A stretch of DNA of 63,166 bases, the filler included. It is 5 parts of 5 records of this genome, joined end to end, with 100 filler letters (N's around TTAATTAATTAA, not from the genome) between each part and the next. Parts side by side here need not be neighbours in the genome. Positions count along the whole stretch, not along the records: positions 43,427 to 50,174 come from DRR723986_8959; positions 50,275 to 57,960 come from DRR723986_8963; 3 more parts are not named here. One strand, 5' to 3'. The notes under the pieces were generated by a model. The model had not been told where the DNA came from. It saw only the letters and a list, made by a program, of their open reading frames with translations, and did not search any database. Shown piece by piece: positions 48,213 to 58,060 of this stretch. Every line of letters starts with the position of its first letter. Positions within the stretch are counted from its first letter, which is position 1. The position numbers and the translations under genes were made by a program.

Positions 48213-49361
48213 TCACTCGATGACGATCAGCTCTTGAAAGCCCGAGGTCAGGGCCTCGCCGCCGCCCGGACGGGCGACGATGCAATCCTCGACACGGGCA
48301 CTGAAATCCCTGTCGCGGAAGATCGACGGCTCGATGGTGAAGATCATGCCCTCGCGCACCTCGGTCGTGTCGCCCTTGGTCAGGAAGGGCGGCTCGTGCA
48401 CATCCCAGCCGATGCCGTGGCCCAGACGGTGGCGGAAATCCTTGCCGTAGCCCGCGTCCTCGAGCACGTCGCGCGCAGCCTTGTCGACCTGCTCGCAGGT
48501 CACCTCGCCCGCCTTCAGCGCCGCGATGCCCGCCGCCTGGCTTTCCATGACCAGCTTGTGCACCAGACGCTGCTCCTCGGTCGGGGCGCCGAAAGCCACG
48601 GTCCGCCCGAAGTCATAGCACATGCCGTCCAGCACCGCGCCGAAGTCGAAGTTCACCGAAACCGGCTTGTCCAGCTTGCGCGGCCATGTCGCCAGCTTGT
48701 CGCCGAAGATCAGCGGATGATCGGGGCCGGAGTTGTAAAGCGAGGTCGTGAAGGACGGCCCCAAGGACCCATGCGCCTTCATCTGGTAGTCGATCTCGGC
48801 GCTGATCTCCAACTCGGTCATGCCGAACTTGAGGTTCGCGACCGTCGCGGCAAAGGCCTTTTCGGTGATCTCTCCGGCGCGGCGCAGAAGGTCGATCTCA
48901 TCCTGATCCTTGATCACACGAATGGGCCGCAACAGCTTGGTCCCGTTCGAGAACTTGACCCCCGGCAGCAGCGACTGAAGCATCATCAGCGCCTCGGCCT
49001 CGCCATCCTCGGAAACCGCGACGGTGGCGCCCTCGCCGACGCCGAGGTCCTTGAGGATGCCGCGCGCCATCTCGACCGGATCGTCCCAGTCGCCCAGCAC
49101 GCGCAGGTCGACGCCGGTGATCTTGCCGGCAGAGCCGAATTCGGCGGTCATGCGCGGCAGCGTCAGGATGGGCTCGCGGCCTGGGGCGATCCACATGCCC
49201 TCGATCCAGTGGCCGGGGTGCAGGTTGCGCCCGTAGTTGGGAATGTCGCGGTGGATGCCGGTGAGATAGTCGAGGTCCGTGCCGATCGGGAAGAAGATCA
49301 GGTCGGCCTTCCCCTCGATCGAGTTGCGGAATCGCGTCATCCGGTCTGCATAGCTGGCCAC
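48213..49361 (-). CDS. M24B Xaa-Pro peptidase family metallohydrolase
   Basis: IKDQDEI; metal ligands D (FDFG), D (YDFGRT), H (GHGIG..HE), E (IEP), E (RVED). Confidence 0.9.
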   Translation of the reverse strand: MASYADRMTRFRNSIEGKADLIFFPIGTDLDYLTGIHRDIPNYGRNLHPGHWIEGMWIAPGREPILTLPRMTAEFGSAGKITGVDLRVLGDWDDPVEMARGILKDLGVGEGATVAVSEDGEAEALMMLQSLLPGVKFSNGTKLLRPIRVIKDQDEIDLLRRAGEITEKAFAATVANLKFGMTELEISAEIDYQMKAHGSLGPSFTTSLYNSGPDHPLIFGDKLATWPRKLDKPVSVNFDFGAVLDGMCYDFGRTVAFGAPTEEQRLVHKLVMESQAAGIAALKAGEVTCEQVDKAARDVLEDAGYGKDFRHRLGHGIGWDVHEPPFLTKGDTTEVREGMIFTIEPSIFRDRDFSARVEDCIVARPGGGEALTSGFQELIVIE

Positions 49362-50174
49362 TTGGGCTCTCCTTCCTTGGATGGTGTCTCGGGATGGTGG
49401 CAGGCGGCGCTTTGGCCGTCCGCAAGGCGGCGCAGCGCGGGGCGTTCCGCGCGGCAGATGTCGGTTGCCTTGGGGCAGCGCGGGTGAAAGGCGCAGCCCG
49501 ACGGCGGGTTCAGCGGAGAGGGAATGTCGCCGGTGATCGGCGCATAGACGGTGCGACGGCGGTCCAGCCGTGGCACCCCCTCGATCAGCGCGCGGGTGTA
49601 GGGATGGGCGGGCGCGTCGAAGATCGCGGCGGTGGTGCCCTCCTCGACCACGCGGCCAAGGTACATGACCAACACCCGGTCAGAGATATGTTCGACCACG
49701 CCCAGATCATGGCTGATGAACAGGTAGGTCAGGTCGAATTCGTCGCGCAGGTCCATGAAAAGGTTGACGATCTGCGCCTGTATCGAGACGTCGAGCGCAG
49801 AGACCGCCTCGTCGCAGACGAGGATCTCGGGCTGCACCGCAAGCGCGCGGGCGATGCCGACGCGCTGTCTTTGGCCGCCGGAAAAGGCGTGTGGGAAGCG
49901 GTCGGCATAGCTGGGGTCGATGCCGCAGCGCTCCATCAGGTCGGCGACATAGGTTTCGGCCTCGGCTGGCGAGGTCAGGCGGTGGACGCGCGGCGCCTCT
50001 CCGATCAATGCCCTCACGCGTTTGCGCGGGTTCAGCGACGAGAACGGGTCCTGAAAGATCATCTGCATGGGCAGGGCCCTGCCGTCGGCGTCGGGGCGGG
50101 TGATGGTGCCGGATGTCGGCTCCAACAGACCCGCCACCATGCGCCCCAGCGTGGACTTGCCGCAGCCGGATTCG
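49337..50174 (-). CDS. Oligopeptide/dipeptide ABC transporter ATPase, truncated at the 5' end
   Basis: ESGCGKST at the contig edge; [34 protein letters not shown]. Confidence 0.94.
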
Positions 50175-50274
50175 NNNNNNNNNNNNNNNNNNNNNNNNNN
50201 NNNNNNNNNNNNNNNNNNTTAATTAATTAANNNNNNNNNNNNNNNNNNNNNNNNNNNNNNNNNNNNNNNNNNNN
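50175..50274. other. Artificial contig spacer
   Basis: N44-TTAATTAATTAA-N44. Confidence 0.99.
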
Positions 50275-50730
50275 TTTCCACGAGTTTTGCGCCATGCCCA
50301 CCAGGATTCACCTGCACGGCCCACACCCGGTATGCGCGCCGTACACCACAAGTTTAATGCTTTTGTCAACACCTTTATTTGCTAATTTCATCAACGGCGT
50401 CATTTCGTAGGTAAGCGGCCTGTAATCAGCTTTAAGCGGACACAACTTGTGAACCAGATTTAGCGGCGCAGCACAATTTTTTCAGCGCTAAACCTCACCA
50501 GTCTGTCTAAACCATAGATGTCGGCGCCTGGCAAACCAGCATTCCCCCGGCTCTTTTGAGGCATTCCTGAGCGCTTTGAGCTTCGCGCTCCGCGGCTCTG
50601 CTCAGGCTTTTTTGAGGGTTTTGTTTGTCACCGGGTTTAGAATTAGAAGTGACGTAGCCGGCCGTCAAAATTTAGAGTACTTAACACTTCAGTTTTGGAA
50701 ATTGTTCTTGAAATTGTGGTGAATGTTAAG

Positions 50731-50776
50731 CAAAATGGCCGAGCGTCATCCTTTTTGTTGGAGCGACACTCGGCCA
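50731..50776 (-). terminator. Terminator-like hairpin downstream of 50821..51768
   Basis: TGGCCGAG...CTCGGCCA arms, followed on the minus strand by TTTTG. Confidence 0.55.
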
Positions 50777-50820
50777 ATTCTATGAGGCATGAGGCTTAAT
50801 GACTAAGGGACTCAGCGAAT

Positions 50821-51768
50821 TTAACGAACCAGAGGAATACTGATATCCTCATCCGATTGTGGCGTCACTATACGAAGTAAATAGGCACCGGGCGCCAAAT
50901 CCGCGGTAGCTATTGCGATTGAATGTTCGCCGGCTGAGCGCCTGCCACTGGTGATACTGCGCACGCGCCGCCCCAGCGTGTTAAACAACTCAACCGTTAA
51001 TCGTGTATCTGCTGCCAGAATGAACGAAAGCGTTGGAGTCTCACCTGCCGTCAGCGGCATTGGATGCACTTTGGGGGCGCCGTTCTCAGTGAAAATCTCA
51101 CCGATGCTCGTGGTAATCCGATTGTCGTCAAAGTCAATGCGGCTTGATGACTCCAGTTTGGTTATATGCTGGTGGTGCCCATCTGGTACTCCTTCAGGGG
51201 TGCCGGCATCAGTTAAAATTTTGATAGACTTCATCGCCGCCAGCAGTTCTTCATTGTCAATGCCCGTGCCGATGCAAATGTCAAACATAATTTTAACCGG
51301 AACGTTGGGTGGAATGTAGCCGTTGACTTCCGAGAAAAAGCCCGACCAATCGCCGGCTTCAATCTTTTCAACTGCGTCGGAAACGCGCTGGTCCTTGCCA
51401 AATTTGAAGTTTTCATCCCAACGTCCAAGTATCTCAAAAAGTGGAATATCCTGCCCCCATATTTCATAGATTGCGGCCGTATCCGGCACTATTTCAACTG
51501 ATTTGATCTCAGTAATTTCTATGCCGAGGTCATCAAAACCCAGAGCACACAGGCAGAGGTTGTTCCCTTCTGAGCCAAACGATGTGAATCCACAAATTGT
51601 TAACCAGACATGAGTTTCCGAGTGTCGCTCAATGTGGATTGTGGGTGGCTCCTTGGGCGGCATTATGCAGGCGTGCAGCGTAGACCACAGTCCTGCAGTT
51701 GCCAGCAGTGCGCAGGTAAGTAGTACTTTTAAAATCTTAGTCTTAAAACTTGGTAAAAGTTTGATCAC
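50821..51768 (-). CDS. Secreted hypothetical protein with T9SS (Por) C-terminal sorting domain
   Basis: Signal peptide ending LHA; tail KVHPMP...VELFNTLGRRV...DLAPGAYLLRI; AGGAG RBS before GTG. Confidence 0.75.
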   Translation of the reverse strand: MIKLLPSFKTKILKVLLTCALLATAGLWSTLHACIMPPKEPPTIHIERHSETHVWLTICGFTSFGSEGNNLCLCALGFDDLGIEITEIKSVEIVPDTAAIYEIWGQDIPLFEILGRWDENFKFGKDQRVSDAVEKIEAGDWSGFFSEVNGYIPPNVPVKIMFDICIGTGIDNEELLAAMKSIKILTDAGTPEGVPDGHHQHITKLESSSRIDFDDNRITTSIGEIFTENGAPKVHPMPLTAGETPTLSFILAADTRLTVELFNTLGRRVRSITSGRRSAGEHSIAIATADLAPGAYLLRIVTPQSDEDISIPLVR

Positions 51769-52450
51769 AATTCGCTCCTAAAAAGGTAGAATGGAAATGT
51801 TGGAATATGTAGTTGAAGAGCGATTGCCCGCCGCGTCAACGGCAATCTCTGAGTTAGTCCTTGAGTCAGTCCTTGGTCTAGGACTTGGGTAGAGCCGCAG
51901 TCGAATTCCCGAGGCTGACCCCGCACTAACTCAGTTTGTTATCCACCAGTTGTCGCGCAGGTGAATGAATGACGCGGGCATTTGAGCAGCAAGACAAGGC
52001 CTGGAGCAAAAGGGTCTCAGATTTTGTGCCATGAAGTGAAAGGGACAACACTACACCAGAAATCAAGCATTCGCAGAACGTGTGTTATGTGGTCGATTCT
52101 AGCCTGTAAAGCAAATACTATCGTGAAGTGACAGTAATTTCGAGGTGCTTCAGTTCTTGCTGAATGCATTCATCTGAAAAGCAGCATTAAATATGGGGGA
52201 CGTTGAGTCTCAAGTACTAAACTTCAGGTGTTGTACATTAAAAATTGCGCAGAATACAGGGATGGTCACTGCTGCAGATACAAGTAATTCGATCAATGGC
52301 ACGCGCACTGAGGCAGCTACATGGCTTATGAATACGTGCTCACCAACTAACAAAAGAATCAAAAAGCCTGAGGCCAAGTAAACACCGCAGGTGGAACGCC
52401 GGACTCAAAGCGATCAATAATGGCTGTTTAACGCGAAATCAATGGTCACT

Positions 52451-55400
52451 CTAGCGTACGATCAATAACTTGCGTGCCGCTTCAAAGATGCCGGCCTGTA
52501 AAACGGTATAATACACTCCGGGCGGCAGGCTTGAGATATCGGCGTCGATCGTGTATTCACCACCTTTTAAGGTGTGCTCACCGTTGAGAACGCTGCCGAC
52601 GCGATCGCCATTAATGTTGTAGATGTTAATGAACACCGGCACGGTCTCGCGCATAGCAAATTCAAAGGTAATCTGCTTGTGAGCCGGATTAGGGCTATGC
52701 TGAAAAATTTCGGCGCCGCCCTGCGGAAAACGCAGGAAGGAGACATTACAAAAGCCATCAGTTGAGTATGAATCTTCGGTGACTTCCGGCAAGAGGTTGA
52801 GAAACATGAGCGAATCAGTCTGGATATTTTCAGCCTGGATAAACATGCCTGAGTTGACTGTATCGGGGACCACAACTTCAACCAGGATTTCGGCCAGCAG
52901 GCCGGCTTGCACAGTGTCCATTCCGCTGAATTGCATGTTGATCGTGCCGCGTCTGGGCTCATCAAAGCTGAAGTTCGCGGCGTACGGTGAGACAACGTCC
53001 ATTACGCGCAGCATCAGGAAGTTAAAATCAAATCGCACGTCAAAACTGATGTCCTGCAGCCAGTACTGTGTGCCATTGTACTCTGTGCCGAGTTCATCGA
53101 TCAAAAATATCGGAATTGTGTCCAGCTCGCCCAATTGACGCCGATAGTTGACAGGCGTGGGATAGTCCATTGAAAAGCCAAGGCGTACAGGGTAATCCGG
53201 TGCAAAACCAACACCCGTGATTTGTGTTGGATCAGTAATTGTACATGGGAAAGTCGTTAAAACTTGTGCCGTAGCATCAATCGGCTGATCACTTTGGGGG
53301 CAGAACTCCAGAGTCAGAATTGAACGCTCACCGGGTTCAATTTCGCCACCAGGCCCGAGAGGAGGCTGTGCATCAACCAAAACTGCATCGGCCGGCAAAC
53401 CGGGAATGTCATCGATTGTTATGGTCGTGTCACCGCTGTTAACAACCAGAATCTCTTCGCGCATACAATCCAGAATACGCACCTGGCCAAAGTCAACCAG
53501 TGGTGTTTCAACGGTCATGTCAGCACGCACGATTTGAACATCGGCCTCGGCGCCGCCTGCACCGACAATGTCAAAGAGAAGAACATCCTGGGAGTCAAAA
53601 CGGATTTCGTCCAGTTTAACATCGGCAGTCGTCGTAGCTCCTGTGACTGCCGCAAAGCGTGCAATTAAAAAGCTGTCAAACTCACCGACACCACAAAAGT
53701 TAACAACCTCGATGTCAGTTCCAAGGAGTGTGCCGGTGCTCGAACGTTTTTCGCGCGATGTTAACATCGGCTCAAATGGCGCACAGCTGTCGGGCGAGAC
53801 TATAAAACGCGACTGAACATCGATAAACTCAAGGAGCGAAGAATCGTAGAGGAGAGAAAGATCAATGTCCACAACTTTGGCGGGAATGGCTCCCGAGGAA
53901 ACTATGGGAATTTCGACCGTACCACAGGTTGTCATATGATAAAGTGGCCTGTAGTCAGGCGGTGGCACGCGCAGGGTGTCCAGCAGGAAACTTAAGGATG
54001 CCACGTCGGCATCGCCGCAGCCCACTACCAGGACGGTTGTGTCCCGATCCACACAGGGAGAACTCGTATGCACAACCATGCGTGCTTCGTAACGCTCGTC
54101 TTCACAACGTGGCGCGCGGGGCACAAAATCGATTTCAATTTCGAGCACATCATCCGGCGGATTGATCGTTATCGGGAAGGGCCTGCCGCTGGCCTCTCGT
54201 GCTGTAAAGACACGCTCATCCGGAATAAATGTAATCGAATCCACAGTAATTGCAGCCTGTTGCGGATTAAGCGAGACATCCGGAATGTTAAACTGCACCG
54301 TACGAACGCCGAGCGAGGTGTCTACAGTTGTAATCGGAAACTCTACGAAAGCTGTGTTGGGCCGGTATGGAATTGAACGTAGACCGGATAGGAACACTTG
54401 ATGGGTTATACTCCAGCCACCTGCCCCACTGCCGTCAATTTCCAGTAAAGCCGTGTTTTGTACAAATTCGGCTTCTGCAGGAGTCCGCGGACAAAACAGA
54501 ACTGTGACGGTGTCTGTTGAGTCTGGCGGAATTGTATATGGCAAGGTGCCGTCCGGCGAATACCTTGATGTCCAACTAAACACCTCCGGGCGCGCTGCCG
54601 GGTCTCCGCCATCAATAATTCTGATATCATCAACCTGCATGTTAAGTGATTCAGAAGTGTTAAAGACCGGGACGACGTCTTTGGCGCATTCACAGGGAGA
54701 GGCATAACCAAAAGGTATGGTTTTGCGGCGTACGTCCAGCAGACGTATAACACCTTCGCCACGAATTGTTCCGGTCGCTTCTACGCCGGGACAAGGGCTG
54801 TCGGAAAAGGCCGTCATTTGATTATCGCCACCATAAATCTGTTCGGCTGTGGGCGTAAAGACCACGTTGAGCCTGATCGTGTCGCGCGCGTCAAGCGTGG
54901 TCGGCAAGCGACCGGGATTTTGCAAGGAAAACCCAGGCGGCAGTCTAAGCCCGGCCAGGTCCATTGTAATCGACGAGGCATTTTCTACGACAATTATTCT
55001 GGTGTCTGTTGCACCAACTTCAACTTGTCCGTAAACGTTAAGTGGTGTTACAAAGATTCGTGGCGATGCAGACGCTCCAATCATGGGAGCCTCCCAAATT
55101 TCACCATCACCTTCGTACTGCAGGAACACACGATCGACACGGTCTGGTCCCCCGCCGGGCACATAATCAAATATGAAGCTGCGACGTGCACCATTGGCGA
55201 GTGTAAAGGGCCCGGCCGGATAAGCGGCCGGATCGACGGGCACAAATGTGCCGGGATTACCTATCAGGCGAATATTCGAAAGCGTTTGAGACACCCCCGA
55301 AATGTTAACTATGTCAATTGTGTCACGCTGTGAGCGACAGGAAATCACGTTTTCAGTTCGCATTATGATTGGGTCAAAGCGGAAACGCTCCACCTGACCG

Positions 55401-57556
55401 CAGCCGACCAGCCTGATTTCATCGGTCCTGAAACAAGTTTGTTCAAAGACGTGCAGTTTATCAAAGTAACAGGAGTCCTGCAGCGGCCTGAAGTCGAGGT
55501 CAACAGTCCGTGACTGCCCCGGATTCAGGTTAAACACTGAGGGCCCAACAATGAAGAATTGCTCGCCGATTTCAAGGTTAAGTGAAACGCGAATCTGATC
55601 ATCGCCGGCGTTGCGCACATTGACCGTGTTGGCGCCAACCTGCCCGACAATGATATTGCCGAAGTCAGCCGGCGCGGGCGAAGTGAATTCGACTTCGCTG
55701 GATATGCCTTTGCCACTCACATAAACTTTGCGTTCGATCCTGCAGCCTGAAACTGTAGCGTGAATAATAACCGAGTCCAAAAACGGTCCTGAAGTCGGCG
55801 GACGAAATCGGAAGAAGTTGGCTCGGTAGGCAAAGTTGTTCTGCAGCACAAATGGAAAGTTGCGAATCGCAGGTATCATTCGAATGAAGTTGGGCAGCGT
55901 GATGCTGTCAACCGGAAATGGAAATGTCATTTCATTTGACCAAAGCCAGGCCTGCGGATTGCTGAGTAAGAGCGGGCAAACATCCTCGAATGCGATTGTG
56001 TCCAGCCGCGACAGGTTGCCGGCATTCCGGATCGACAGTGCTTCCTGTTCGATCCCCTCCAGAAATATCAATGCCAAAGGCGAACAGTCATCGGATACAA
56101 TTTGGATTGTATCGCGATAGATGCCGGTCGAATCGTTGGAAAGGAATCTGACGCGAAAGCTGAATTCTTCATCGGCAGGGATTGTTGCCGGCAAAGGACG
56201 TTCAGGGGTAATCTGAAAAACGCGCGGCATGGAGGTGTTGATTGATTCAATCCGAATTGGACGAGTTGTGCCAATTGATCGGCTGTTATTGCTAATGGTT
56301 ATGACTGTGTCGCGAAACGGTACATCACGGCAGCCTGCAAGCAGTGTGTCATAAACTACGATCGATTCCGAGAATTCCAGTTCTGTTACGCGGTCAACGA
56401 TGAGGTTTATGCGCTGAGTGCGGCCGCATTGATTACCAAATTCCAGGACGCGATCAATTTGTACACGCGCGTTCGGCAGTCGTCCCACAAGGTCGGTATT
56501 TACGGTTAAAGTGAACGTGCGCGGAACACCGGGTTCAAAGTCCTGCTGACCTCCCGGGGTAATAGTGTAAAAGCCGCGGCCGCCGCCGGCGGGAATTACG
56601 CGATAGCGTCCACCACATTCAGAATTATCGGTAACAGTAAAGGTCCAGGAACGTGTGTTAACACATTGCAAGGTTTCGCGGAGCGGGTTTGGCAGGCCAT
56701 CAATTTGAATTGTATTTTCAACAGTTCTGTCGCTCTCCTCACAGCGTCCATTACTGACAATCCTGCCGATGTTGCCGTTGCCGGTTGCATCACACAGCTC
56801 GCGCGCATCGGCATTCTCATTACAGCGATAGTAAATCACCAGGCCATCTTCGTCGCCGCGCCGGGCGCGTTCGCGCTCACAGCGCAATTCACTTTGGCTG
56901 AGAACGCGAGACCAGACTCTAAATTCATCGATTTGACCGCGAAAAGTGCGGTAGAAGTCACTGCCGGTTCTGTCGTTGGTGCTCCCCAGGCGCATGAGCA
57001 GATCACTTGCGGCGGGAGTCTGTAGCCGTGTGGCCGGAAAGGCGGCATTGCGGTCACTGCCGCGCGCCACGCCGTCAACTATCAGTGATATAGTTTCGGT
57101 AGTGCCGTCAAAAAGTGCGGCTACGTGCGTCCAGACGCCGTAATGGGGTGTGAAGCCATAACGCACGACTGTGTTGTTGGCCGCTCCCTGATCGCCGCCG
57201 GGGCCATCGATCTCAAAGACCAGTTCATCATTGTTGTTGATGTAGAGAGTCCATGCATCGTTTTGATCATCGGCTGGACGGTTGCGTGGTCCCCAAAGAC
57301 CTGCAATGTACTGTCTAAGATCTGCCTGTCGTTCGGTTTTGATCCACATCTCGACAGTCATGGCATCGCGCAAAGCATCCTGGCTGGGAGTGCGCAGGAT
57401 ATTGACGTATTGCGCACCACGACCTGTGTGCACATCCTGAGTATAGGCATTGCCAATACAGACCGGATTAGTACATGAAGGCTGACTGTAGAGCGCAAGT
57501 GGGAGAAGAAAGAACAGCACCAGGCTGCCGGCTGAAAGAAGGGGCGTCTTTTGCAC
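52451..57556 (-). CDS. Giant secreted protein: LamG domain, repeated ASH/HYDIN-like Ig domains, cohesin-like domains, T9SS tail
   Basis: Signal-like N-terminus from GTG 57556 (ATG 57619 also possible); LamG (TVEMWIK, WTHVAALFD, FRGQIDEFRVWSRVLS); DFG.V.....I.V.N.G repeats; tail HSPNPA...IYNINGDRV...SLPPGVYY. Confidence 0.8.
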   Translation of the reverse strand: MQKTPLLSAGSLVLFFLLPLALYSQPSCTNPVCIGNAYTQDVHTGRGAQYVNILRTPSQDALRDAMTVEMWIKTERQADLRQYIAGLWGPRNRPADDQNDAWTLYINNNDELVFEIDGPGGDQGAANNTVVRYGFTPHYGVWTHVAALFDGTTETISLIVDGVARGSDRNAAFPATRLQTPAASDLLMRLGSTNDRTGSDFYRTFRGQIDEFRVWSRVLSQSELRCERERARRGDEDGLVIYYRCNENADARELCDATGNGNIGRIVSNGRCEESDRTVENTIQIDGLPNPLRETLQCVNTRSWTFTVTDNSECGGRYRVIPAGGGRGFYTITPGGQQDFEPGVPRTFTLTVNTDLVGRLPNARVQIDRVLEFGNQCGRTQRINLIVDRVTELEFSESIVVYDTLLAGCRDVPFRDTVITISNNSRSIGTTRPIRIESINTSMPRVFQITPERPLPATIPADEEFSFRVRFLSNDSTGIYRDTIQIVSDDCSPLALIFLEGIEQEALSIRNAGNLSRLDTIAFEDVCPLLLSNPQAWLWSNEMTFPFPVDSITLPNFIRMIPAIRNFPFVLQNNFAYRANFFRFRPPTSGPFLDSVIIHATVSGCRIERKVYVSGKGISSEVEFTSPAPADFGNIIVGQVGANTVNVRNAGDDQIRVSLNLEIGEQFFIVGPSVFNLNPGQSRTVDLDFRPLQDSCYFDKLHVFEQTCFRTDEIRLVGCGQVERFRFDPIIMRTENVISCRSQRDTIDIVNISGVSQTLSNIRLIGNPGTFVPVDPAAYPAGPFTLANGARRSFIFDYVPGGGPDRVDRVFLQYEGDGEIWEAPMIGASASPRIFVTPLNVYGQVEVGATDTRIIVVENASSITMDLAGLRLPPGFSLQNPGRLPTTLDARDTIRLNVVFTPTAEQIYGGDNQMTAFSDSPCPGVEATGTIRGEGVIRLLDVRRKTIPFGYASPCECAKDVVPVFNTSESLNMQVDDIRIIDGGDPAARPEVFSWTSRYSPDGTLPYTIPPDSTDTVTVLFCPRTPAEAEFVQNTALLEIDGSGAGGWSITHQVFLSGLRSIPYRPNTAFVEFPITTVDTSLGVRTVQFNIPDVSLNPQQAAITVDSITFIPDERVFTAREASGRPFPITINPPDDVLEIEIDFVPRAPRCEDERYEARMVVHTSSPCVDRDTTVLVVGCGDADVASLSFLLDTLRVPPPDYRPLYHMTTCGTVEIPIVSSGAIPAKVVDIDLSLLYDSSLLEFIDVQSRFIVSPDSCAPFEPMLTSREKRSSTGTLLGTDIEVVNFCGVGEFDSFLIARFAAVTGATTTADVKLDEIRFDSQDVLLFDIVGAGGAEADVQIVRADMTVETPLVDFGQVRILDCMREEILVVNSGDTTITIDDIPGLPADAVLVDAQPPLGPGGEIEPGERSILTLEFCPQSDQPIDATAQVLTTFPCTITDPTQITGVGFAPDYPVRLGFSMDYPTPVNYRRQLGELDTIPIFLIDELGTEYNGTQYWLQDISFDVRFDFNFLMLRVMDVVSPYAANFSFDEPRRGTINMQFSGMDTVQAGLLAEILVEVVVPDTVNSGMFIQAENIQTDSLMFLNLLPEVTEDSYSTDGFCNVSFLRFPQGGAEIFQHSPNPAHKQITFEFAMRETVPVFINIYNINGDRVGSVLNGEHTLKGGEYTIDADISSLPPGVYYTVLQAGIFEAARKLLIVR

Positions 57557-57960
57557 GCTTGCATCCCGAGGGTTCAGGGTTTTCGGCTGTAACTTGGGAG
57601 GAGACCCAAGGCAAGCCATAAAATAGGGTATCCACCGTTCATTGCAAGCTATTTCTTCCAAAGTATACCGACCATTTATTCAAAGTTACAGGATCTGCAG
57701 GGCTTCTCGTTCCGATCGCGTAACTCCTGCGAAGAGGCCAAACGGCGGAAGAGCATGTGGGCAATTAGGCCAGATGAGTTCTAATTGGCAAGCGCAAACA
57801 ATTAAACGGCCAGTAATTGGGGCTAAACGTAGAGTAATAACGTGTTAAGTGGTCGGTCTTGCAGCCTAATCAATTGAGGATTGGTGATGTGTTACGTGCA
57901 AAGAGAAATGAATAACAAATGTTGCGATAATGATGTAAATGTACGTGGGGAAATTGCGGG

Positions 57961-58060
57961 NNNNNNNNNNNNNNNNNNNNNNNNNNNNNNNNNNNNNNNN
58001 NNNNTTAATTAATTAANNNNNNNNNNNNNNNNNNNNNNNNNNNNNNNNNNNNNNNNNNNN
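57961..58060. other. Artificial contig spacer
   Basis: N44-TTAATTAATTAA-N44. Confidence 0.99.

Noticed and set aside
48213-49361. M24 enzyme as the DMSP lyase DddP
   Set aside because: It looks like an ordinary 382-aa Xaa-Pro peptidase family member, shorter than DddP as I recall it, and it is on a different contig from dsyB.
51851-51886. Tandem GAGTTAGTCCTT-like units as a CRISPR array
   Set aside because: Only about three degenerate 12-mers, no spacers and no cas genes. No CRISPR array was seen anywhere in the window.
52193-52381. 62-aa plus-strand ORF between the two T9SS genes
   Set aside because: No motif or clear RBS; cannot be supported as a gene.
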